This document shows, piece after piece, positions 1 to 9,100 of a stretch of 18,247 nt of DNA (its first letter is position 1; every line of letters starts with the position of its first letter). The notes under the pieces were generated by a model. It saw nothing but the letters and a program-made list of their open reading frames with translations, made no database searches and was not told the DNA's origin. The position numbers and the translations under genes are program-made. Source of the DNA: Paraphysomonas bandaiensis (lineage: Eukaryota; Protista; Chrysophyceae); NCBI GenBank assembly GCA_965644295.1, contig CBFFRP010000633.1:1-18247 (forward strand). The letters are read 5' to 3'.

Positions 1-471
1 ATTCACGTCGATCATATCATGTTTAGCATTTATATTGTTCTGTAATGTTATATCTTGGGCTTCTAAATTTGCAACATCCGCTTGTAAATTAGGTATATTA
101 ATTAAGTCTATATCTTGAAGAGCATCAAGACCGTTAAAACTTGCTGTCAATGTGTTCAATTGTGATTGTATAGTTTCATTGGTATTTATACCGTCTAATG
201 TTTGTATTTCATTTTCAGTCAGGTTTAATAATCTTGTGTTCATATCTAATAACATATTATTTTTTGAATCTGTAAAGGCCAATGTTTGGGGTTCATTGTT
301 TATGGTTAAGTTATTACCATTCAAGATTTCAACGTTCGCTGTAAATTTAGCATTGTCTAATCTTGCATATTCCGCCATATTTAATATTACTCTTGCTGTT
401 TCAATCTGTTTATGATTTTCTGCATTGAAAATGGAATTATTGCTTGTTTTCGGCTTTGTATAAATTGACAT
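1..471 (-). CDS. Intronless ORF, 5' part only (runs off window); viral fibre/structural-like protein, probably from an endogenous Polinton-like virus/virophage
   Basis: Manual translation from ATG at 471: MSIYTKPKTSNNSIFNAENHKQIETARVILNMAEYARLDNAKF...LTENEIQTLDGINTNETIQSQLNTL...LQADVANLEAQDITLQNNINAKHDMIDVN, 157 codons with no stop (absent from the ORF track, presumably because it lacks a stop in the window). N/T/I-rich and AT-rich. EIQTLDGINTNETIQSQLN and LQNNINAKHDMI resemble the ELxxLDGVTSNIQTQLN and KQDxI motifs of viral fibre proteins (recognised from memory, not searched). Confidence 0.6.
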   Translation of the reverse strand, partial: MSIYTKPKTSNNSIFNAENHKQIETARVILNMAEYARLDNAKFTANVEILNGNNLTINNEPQTLAFTDSKNNMLLDMNTRLLNLTENEIQTLDGINTNETIQSQLNTLTASFNGLDALQDIDLINIPNLQADVANLEAQDITLQNNINAKHDMIDVN

Positions 472-852
472 CTATATATAATATAACAACATTATTATAT
501 TCTATATTTAAATTAGAATTCAAGGTTTTATGAGTTTTTGCTTAAAGCTTCGCCATTATATCACTACAACTACATTCCAGAGCTTAAAGCATGAGTATCA
601 CCATTATTATATAAAAGTCATATAGATAACAAAGTAGATTTAATAAGTAGTTTTCATGGTAGAATCCCGGAGTTTTACAAACCTTACAAATTTAAATTAT
701 TTTTCATTTTAATTTTTCCCTCCCCCTATATCTACTATTAAATCTACTTATTAAATCTACTTTACTATCTATATTACTTTTTATTATATACATTATAAAT
801 AATATATAAAGTTATTAATTTTATTTAAGAATATAAATAATATATAAAGTAA

Positions 853-958
853 TTATAACTTATTAATAATAAGTTATAAGTTAAACTCACAAAGAGAAGG
901 AATTACAACCGAAGGTTGTAATTGGAAACACTCGAAGAGAAGAAGCCCCTTGAGGGGC
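853..958. other. Cluster of perfect inverted repeats/hairpins
   Basis: TTATAACTTATT-aat-AATAAGTTATAA (853-879); AATTACAACC-gaa-GGTTGTAATT (901-923); CTC-gaa-GAG (931-939); GCCCCT-tg-AGGGGC (945-958). Confidence 0.85.
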
Positions 959-1490
959 ATATGGGGTAGAAAAAGGCTTGCCCTTGTCCTCTCCTCCTCG
1001 TTTTTCTCTATCGTGTTCTTTACTTACACTCTAATAATCACAACATTGTTTTACTATTATAAAGATCAATTCTTTATTGTTATGGGTAGAGGTCTAACTA
1101 GTATGTCTAGCATTCAACTAGCCACTATATTGGCACAGGTTTTTAACGCCTATTGCTAAATAAAAGACTTTCAATATACTGATAGTAACGGGTGATTTTA
1201 GGTACAAAGGAATTAAATTCAGTTACTGATGTGTGACTATATAAGATATAGAACTGACTGATGAACATATGAGAAACAGATGTTGCTGAGGACAGATGTT
1301 TCAACATATGTTACACGAATATGTAGTGAAGTGTTCAGAATAATAATTATAATTTCTTACTTGAAAGTGCATTGTGTTCAACATAGCAGGATTAAGGTTT
1401 ACGTGTAGAGCAAAGTTAACTTCAGTGAAATGTCCAATTCTAACACATCACACATACCTCTGCAGCAGCTACCTCTTGCTGTCTATGCCT

Positions 1491-3461
1491 CTAAGCCTAT
1501 ACAATACACACACACTCAAATAAAGCCAAAGTATACTCGACACCTGTATAATCCATCAACCATACCATACTATCAACCATATCATACCATATAACCACAT
1601 AACCATCACACATACCTCTACAGCAGCTTCCTCTTGCTGCCTCTGCCTCTCAGCCTATACAATCCACATATGATTCCAGTGAGGCCATACTCTGGTTCTA
1701 TGAATAGATGGAGCATCCAGTACACATACTCACATGTGTGTTTATGATGAGCTCACGCATCTCATCATCTTTAGCCACATCAACAGGAGTCTCTCCCTCC
1801 TGCAAAAACAACAATAAACACTTAAAAAGAAGTGACACAGTGCATCACCACATACACATACATATATGAGCCCTCATAACACTGTATGTATGTATGTATG
1901 TATGTATGTATGTATGTATGTATGTATGTATGTATGTGTGTATGTATGTATGTATGTATGTATGTATGTATGTATGTATGTATGTATGTATGTATGTATG
2001 TATGTGTGTATGTATGTATGTATGTATGTATGTATGTATGTATGTATGTATGCATGTATGTATGTATGTATGTATGTATGTATGTATGTATGTATGTATG
2101 TATGTATGTATGTATGTATGTATGTATGTATGTATGTATGTATGTATGTATGTATGTATGTATGTGTGTATGTATGTATGTATGTATGCATGTATGTATG
2201 TATGCATGTATGTATGTATGTATGTATGTATGTATGTATTTATGTATGTATGTATGTATGTATGTATGTATGTATGTATGTATGTATGTATGTATGTATG
2301 TATGTATGTATGTGTGTATGTATGTATGTATGTATGTGTGTATGTATGTATGTATGTATGCATGTATGTATGTATGCATGTATGTATGTATGTATGTATG
2401 TATGTATGTATGTATGTATGTATGTATGTATGTATGTATGTATGTATGTATGTATGTATGTATGTATGTATGTATGCATGTATGCATGCATGTATGTATG
2501 TATGTATGTATGTATGTATGTATGTATGTATGTATGTATGTATGTATGCATGTATGTATGTATGTATGTATGTATGTATTTATGTATGTATGTATGTATG
2601 TATGTATGTATGTATGTATGTATGTATGTATGTATGTATGTATGTATGTATGTATGTATGTATGTATGTATGTATGTATGTATGTATGTATGTATGTGTG
2701 TATGTATGTATGTATGTATGTATGTGTGTATGTATGTATGTATGTATGTATGTATGTATGTATGTATGTATGTATGTATGTATGTATGTATGTATGTATG
2801 TATGTATGTATGTATGTATGTATGTATGTATGTATGTATGTATGTATGTATTTATGTATGTATGTATGTATGATGTATGTATGTATGTATGTATGTATGT
2901 ATGTATGTATGTATGTATGTATGTATGTATGTATGTATGTATGTATGTATGTATGTATGTATGTATGTATGTATGTATGTATGTATGTATGTATGTATGT
3001 ATGTATGTATGTATGTATGTATGTATGTATGTATTTATGTATGTATGTATGATGTATGTATGTATGTATGTATGTATGTATGTATGTATGTATGTATGTA
3101 TGTATGTATGTATGTATGTATGTATGTATGTATGTATGTATGTATGTATGTATGTATGTATGTATGTATGTATGTATGTATGTATGATGTATGTATGTAT
3201 GTATGTATGTATGTATGTATGTATGTATGTATGTATGTATGTATGTATGTATGTATGTATGTATGTATGTATGTATGTATGTATGTATGTATGTATGTAT
3301 GTATGTATGTATGTATGTATGTATGTATGTGTGTATGTATGTATGTATGTATGTATGTGTGTATGTATGTATGTATGTATGCATGTATGTATGTATGCAT
3401 GTATGTATGTATGTATGTATGTATGTATGTATGTATGCATGTATGCATGCATGTATGTATG

Positions 3462-3492
<31 letters not shown>

Positions 3493-4853
3493 TGTATGTA
3501 TGTGTATATATGTATGTATGTATGTATATATCGAGGGGTTACTTACATTGTCTCGTATAGTTATATCTGCTCCTTCTCTTATAAGATACTCAGCTGTATC
3601 TCTGTGACCAAAAAAGACAGCCCAGTGAAGAGCTGTACTACCACCCTATAAAACAATAACAATAATCACATATGAGCCTCATAACACTCTGTATGTATGT
3701 ATGTATGTATGTATGTACTGTAAGTATGTATGTATGTATATGTATGTATGTTGTTTGTATGTATGTACGTATGTATGTATGTATATGTATGTATGTGTGT
3801 ATGTATATGTATGTATGTATGTATCGAGGGGTTACTTACATTGTCTCGTATGTTGATATCTGCTCCTGCTCCTATAAGATACTCAGCTGTATCTGTGTGA
3901 CCTCTAGAGGCAGCCTTTTGAAGAGCTGTATAACCAACCTATACAATAACAATCATAATCACATATGAGCCCTCTTAACACTGTAAGTTGATATGTATCT
4001 ATGTATGAATGTATGTATATGTATAGAGGGGTTACTTACATTGTCTACAATAGTTGTATCTGCTCCTGCTCCTATAAGATACTCAGCTGTATCTCTGTGA
4101 CCATAAGAGGCAGCATAGTGAAGAGCCGTGCAACCAAACTATAAAACAATAACAGTGTACACATATGAGCCCTCATAACACTCTATATATGTATGTATGT
4201 ATGTGTGTGTATGTATGTATGTATGTATGTATGTATGTATGTCTGTGTATGTATGTATGTATGTACGTGTGTATGTATGTATGTATACGTATGTATGTAT
4301 GTATGTATGTGCGTGTGTATGTATGTATGTGTGTGTGTATGTATGTATGTGGGAGTTACTTACATTGTCTCGTATAGTTATATCTGCTCCTTCTCTTATA
4401 AGATACTCAGCTGTATCTCTGTGACAATTAGAGGCAGCCTCGTGAAGAGCTGTACAACCATCCTATAAAACCATAATAATAATCACATATTAGCCCTCAT
4501 AACACTGTATGTATGTATGTATGCATGTGTGTATGTATGTATGCATGTATGTATGTATGTATGTATGTATGTATGTATGTATGTATGTATGTATGTATGT
4601 ATGTATGTATGTATCGAGGGGTTACTGACATTGTTTCGTATATTGATATCTGCTCCTGCTCTTATAAGATAGTCAGCTATATCTCTGTGACCATAAATGA
4701 CAGCCAAGTGAAGAGCTGTACAACCCTCCTATACAACAACAATAATAATCACATATGAGCCCTCATAACACTCTATGTATGTATGTATGTATGTATGTAT
4801 GTATGTATGTATGTATGTATGTATGTATGTATGTATGTATGTATATATGTATG

Positions 4854-4887
<34 letters not shown>

Positions 4888-5155
4888 TGTATGTATGTAT
4901 GTATGTATGTATGTATCGAGGGGTTACTGACATTGTTTCGTATATTGATATCTGCTCCTGCTCTTATAAGATAGTCAGCTATATCTCTGTGACCATAAAT
5001 GACAGCCAAGTGAAGAGCTGTACAACCCTCCTATACAACAACAATAATAATCACATATGAGCCCTCATAACACTCTATGTATGTATGTATGTATGTATGT
5101 ATGTATGTATGTATGTATGTATGTATGTATGTATGTATGTATGTATATATGTATG

Positions 5156-5187
<32 letters not shown>

Positions 5188-5349
5188 CATGTATGTATGT
5201 ATGTATGTATGAAGGGGTTACTTACATTGTTTCGTATAGTTGTATCTGCTCCATCTCGTATAAGATAGTCAGCTATATCTCTGTGACCATAAATGACAGC
5301 CAAGTGAAGAGCTGTACAACCCTCCTATACAACAACAATAATAATAATC

Positions 5350-5382
<33 letters not shown>

Positions 5383-5497
5383 TGTGTGTGTGGTTGACCT
5401 TATCTTGTTTATTGGTGTTGTCACCCCTCGTAACACACCTCCTGACTGCATTGATATCACCCCTCCTAGCAGCTGTAATAATGCCAGACCTCGACAT
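1491..5497 (-). CDS. Ankyrin-repeat protein (~300 aa), 11 exons: 5497-5399, 5324-5226, 5030-4932, 4728-4630, 4462-4364, 4138-4040, 3938-3840, 3645-3547, 1799-1734, 1654-1616, 1496-1491(stop)
   Basis: All junctions are GT..AG, phase 0. Exon 1 MSRSGIITAARRGDINAVRRCVTRGDNTNKQDK (N-cap). Exons 2-8 are each 99 nt, one 33-aa ANK repeat (e.g. EGCTALHLAVIYGHRDIADYLIRAGADINIRNN, FGCTALHYAASYGHRDTAEYLIGAGADTTIVDN, GGSTALHWAVFFGHRDTAEYLIREGADITIRDN). Exon 9 EGETPVDVAKDDEMRELIINTH (C-cap), exon 10 AERQRQQEEAAVE, then GCT TAG. The start and the last two exons are less certain than the core. Confidence 0.88.
1883..3530. repeat. ~1.65 kb (TATG)n/(CATA)n microsatellite inside intron 8 of the ankyrin gene
   Basis: Direct reading: about 400 tetranucleotide units with scattered TGTG, CATG and TTTA variants and single-base deletions. 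Confidence 0.98.
3530..5398 (-). repeat. Tandem array of seven ANK exon+intron units with variable-length TATG tracts
   Basis: Typical unit on the minus strand: 99-nt exon, GT(A/C)AGTAACCCCT, (CATA)n, GTGTTATGAGGGCTCATATGTGATTATT..GTATAG. Exon-to-exon spacing is 200-324 bp depending on microsatellite length. Confidence 0.93.
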
Positions 5498-5597
5498 ATC
5501 AGACGACAGAAGTGAAGTGTATGTATATGTATGTACCTGCAGCAGCACATCACTTTATTGTGATGACACACACAACACAACAGAACAAAAAAAAGAT

Positions 5598-5812
5598 ACC
5601 CTTCCTTATATACCCCCCCCGTATATACCCCCCTCCACCCCCGTATATACCCCCTCCCGTATATACCCCTCCCGTATCTACCCCCTATACCCCCCCGTAT
5701 ATACCCCCCGTATCTACCCCTCCCGTATCTACCCCCTCCCGTATCTACCCCCCTATATACCCCCCTATATACCCCCCTATATACCCCTATATACCCCCTC
5801 CCGTACACCCCC
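5598..5812. repeat. C-rich degenerate minisatellite (CCCCC[C/T]..GTAT[A/C]TAC) in the divergent intergenic region; G-quadruplex-prone on the minus strand
   Basis: More than 15 runs of 3-9 C separated by short GTATATA/GTATCTA/TATATA linkers. Confidence 0.85.
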
Positions 5813-6113
5813 ATGTGGATATCTGGGCAAAATTTGGATCTTTTTGGCATGATGGTCGTGTGTAGAATCTGACTGTAGCATCAGCAGAGTTCATTTCCGT
5901 ATCGGCAGTCAGCATCATATTATTCGAAAATAAATTGAAGCAAATATCCTCTATATTACTGTGATAAAACTACGGCCGGAATACACATAATTATTGTCTC
6001 AATATTAGAGGCATCTTGGAACAAAAATAAACAAAGGATGCCGATACGTCTATCTGAAGCTTCCTTGAGAGACTATCAAATCAATCAAGTCATTGTGCAG
6101 TCCATAGAGGAGT

Positions 6114-9100
6114 ATGTCAACAGAAGAGTTAAGATTATTCGCGACATGTAAGTATGAGTATGAAGGTATTTAATTTATGTGTTCTGATGTGGATTATTGA
6201 AGTGGCTTTTGATGCTTATAATCAGTGGGATCCTGAAAAGCATCCTTATCCATATATAAGACACGAGTCAGCGGATGAGGATGTTGAAAGATGGCGTTTC
6301 CATAAAGAGGATTTACAATCAGTTGGATGCGTAACAACAAACACGCCTCTAATTTTAACGTCTGATGTACATGTGCGCTGTTGGAGGCGTGCTGCATCTG
6401 AGGGTCGTGTAGAGATATTTGTATCATTCAGAGGAACTGTTGTTGAAAAGTTTGGGAATATAATCACTGATATTGATTTAGCACAAGTACGTATGAACCC
6501 CGAAACAATGTCAGAAATACCCGCTGATACTCCTCATGAAAGTGAACAGTGTATATATGTTCATCGTGGATTCCTGCGTGCTTACACAGCTTGTCGAAAG
6601 GAACTCTTGAGTGTACTAAGAAGGGCATTTGAGGAGTTCACGGTCACTCGCATTGCCTTCACGGGACACTCTTTAGGAGGAGCTTTGGCAACACTTGCAG
6701 CCGTAGATGTTCAATTGATTAATCAATCTCTTGGAAACAACCCGCCTGAGTCTTCGCCTGGGAGGGAATGTCATACTTTTGGATCCCCCCATGTTGGTGG
6801 GATGACATTTGAGCAACACTTTAGAACCATTGATCTGACACAGTGCAACCGTTATGTGAACGCCATGGATATTGTGCCCAATCTGCTCACTTTGGTTAAT
6901 ATGACCACCCAATATCCTGCGACGAATATCGAAAAAGTGTTTCAGAGGTATGAGGACTTTAAACACGCTCCCATCAGGGAGTGCATCCTGGGGGGGGCGG
7001 TGGACGTGGCTGTTGACATCGTGCTCCCATACGTTATGGCTTCGGACCTGGACACGGATGACACGCAAAGTCCTGTCATGGCTGCTCTCCAGCAGTTCGG
7101 TCTAGCTCCTGTGCAGCAGCACTCCATGCCTGCATACTTGGCGGGAGTGGAGGCCCATGTTGGAGGCTATAAGAGATACATTAAAGTGGTGAAAGGCAAG
7201 CTGGTGCAGAAAGGAATGCAATTGGCTCGCGAGTATTTGGAAGGTGCGGTTATTCCCAAAGGGCGCTCAGGGGTTGGGACTTTAGCAGCTAATTTTGCAG
7301 GTGGGGCGACGAGAGCAGGGGTGGGGGCTGTGATGTCATGGGCCGGGCATTTGTCTGGGGCGGATCTGGTTGTGAATGTGGCGGGACATATTGCCACGAA
7401 TATTCAGTTGAGCAAGCTGCGATCTCAAGTGGACATGTTGCAAGAGAGTGTGGATCAGTTACACGGGAAAATAGACGATATGCACTTGAGAGTGGACGGC
7501 ATACATACAGCTGTTAATGTTCTCGGAGATAGAGTGGAGAGGGGGTTTGATGCTGTGAGCGGTCAGCTGGTGGGATTGTCGAATGTAGTATCGCAGATTC
7601 CAGATCAAGTTCAGGACTTGCTGCTGAAAGATAAAATTAGCGATTTGTGTGAGCAAATGGCATGTATTGAGGAGAAAGTTCAGCATGACGAATATAGGCT
7701 ACGTGGTGAATCTGTTCGCAACGATATCAATTTATTGAGATCGCGTCGTGTGAGAATTGTAAATACTATTAAGGACGAGCTGATGGATATGAATGACAAG
7801 GCACATTTGGCCCACAGCGCGATCACCGCCTTATGCATGGCTTGTATTCTGGAGGTGAACATGCGTTTTTATGAGGTACGGCTGCTGCAGGGGGTGCATG
7901 ATCAGACCTCTAATAACTTTACAGCCGCCTGTTCGAGTTTCGATAGAATGAAACGTATATGCAGTGAATATGTTGGGTGCTGGATTTTCCAAAATGCGAC
8001 AAGCACAGAAAGAATGCAGTCGTTGGCAGTGGAGCTGTCTTCTCTCTGTGGTATGCTCTATTCAATCCATCTACACCAAGAGAGTCAGTCAATGGAGCTT
8101 TGCCTTTTCAATTGTGGTATAGCTTTGATGGATTGCTTGAGTGGCAGTAATGATATCAGTGCAAAAACAATCGTGGCTTTGGGTTATGCATACACAGGTG
8201 TGAACACGTCTCCCCAGTCCCAATACCTACACGGAGTGCTTCTACTGGCCCACCTCTTTTCCAATCGGCACGAATCTTTAGCTGGAGTTCGAAAAGAGTG
8301 TATGGCTATCATCCTTCACCACACGCATGGACATCAGATTGTTCGTTATTTGGTATATGAAATGCCCTCGTATGGGTTAATTTTTTCGCTGCATTGCTAT
8401 CATACCCATCTCCGCAACTGGGAGTGTGACGGCAATACGTGTTCACTGGGTTCATTGTGTGAGATGCTGGATGATAACGAAAAAGAACGTTTATTTGCTA
8501 AAGTATTACACTCTATCACCCTCCTGGCAGATGGTTTCACTGACAAAGTTGATGATCTTCCTCTTCCTGTGTGGGTTTTGTCAATCATTAGTGAGTCTGA
8601 GACTAATACGACATCTCGTAGTTTGTTCACGATTTTCAAGTCATCCTTGTGTAATTTGGAGCCTCAACAACTGGTGCATTTCGTGGAATGTTTTCTCAAC
8701 TACAGTATCCAGAGTCCTGATCCTAAAAAACAAGTGATGTGTAGAAATCTACTGGATGCTGTCAGCAAGGATTTATCCGAAGATGAATTTGGGTCTATAT
8801 TTGTTCTTATGAGCACAGCCACCTCATGTACAGAAGCCAGCGATCTTTCCAAAGAGTGGTTGGATACGTATGGCTGCTATAATGAGCTGTTGCCTGTTGT
8901 TTGCTTGTCTAAGCTATGGGAGACGTTTCATTCTGACAGCGTTCGCTTGTTGTTGAATGAAGCTTTGGATAACACATATGAAAAAGCCGAAACCAAAGTC
9001 ACTATTGATCGTAGCACAAAGCTTTCAGTTCCATGTACGAATGATCTGGGTAATGTTGTGGCGATGGTGGAGAGATGTGCGTCGCTGGGTCACCCTCCCT

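Larger units (their letters stand above)
1..1099. mobile_element. Putative terminal region of an endogenous Polinton/Maverick-like virus; right boundary tentative at ...GGTCTAACT (1099)
   Basis: Intronless AT-rich ORF followed by ~600 bp of non-coding DNA rich in hairpins and direct repeats. The candidate end reads 5'-AGTTAGACC on the minus strand, and Polintons typically end 5'-AG...CT-3'. The other terminus and the TSD are not in the window. Confidence 0.4.

Noticed and set aside
152-415. Plus-strand 87-aa ORF (and the 950-1159 ORF)
   Set aside because: The first is antisense to the longer minus-strand ORF. The second is a low-complexity hydrophobic frame with a non-ATG start that crosses the putative element boundary.
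1822-5303. Many long ORFs of (MYVC)n and (HTYI)n on both strands
   Set aside because: These are translations of the stop-free TATG microsatellite. Only the embedded 99-nt ANK exons are credible coding sequence.
3530-5398. Repeat-spacer look of the ANK array as a CRISPR-like locus
   Set aside because: The repeats are ~100-nt coding exons with splice sites, the 'spacers' are microsatellite, there are no cas genes, and the context is eukaryotic.
5598-5812. Interstitial telomeric repeat
   Set aside because: The units are irregular and do not match TTAGGG/TTTAGGG-type repeats.
5085-5865. Pro/Tyr-rich extensin-like and Gly/Arg/Tyr-rich ORFs (5085-5852, 5512-5865, 5269-5850)
   Set aside because: They arise from the C-rich minisatellite, are open in several frames and overlap the ANK gene.
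6038-6202. ATG at 6038 or 6154 as the lipase start
   Set aside because: The 6038 frame hits TAA and splices out of frame at the GTAAGT/GAAG pair. ATG 6154 lies inside the predicted intron. ATG 6114 splices in frame and gives a lipase-like LFATLAFDAY.
7240-7285. [13 protein letters not shown] as a P-loop of a NACHT/NB-ARC domain
   Set aside because: It lacks the GK[ST] signature, and the following sequence is coiled coil rather than an NTPase fold.
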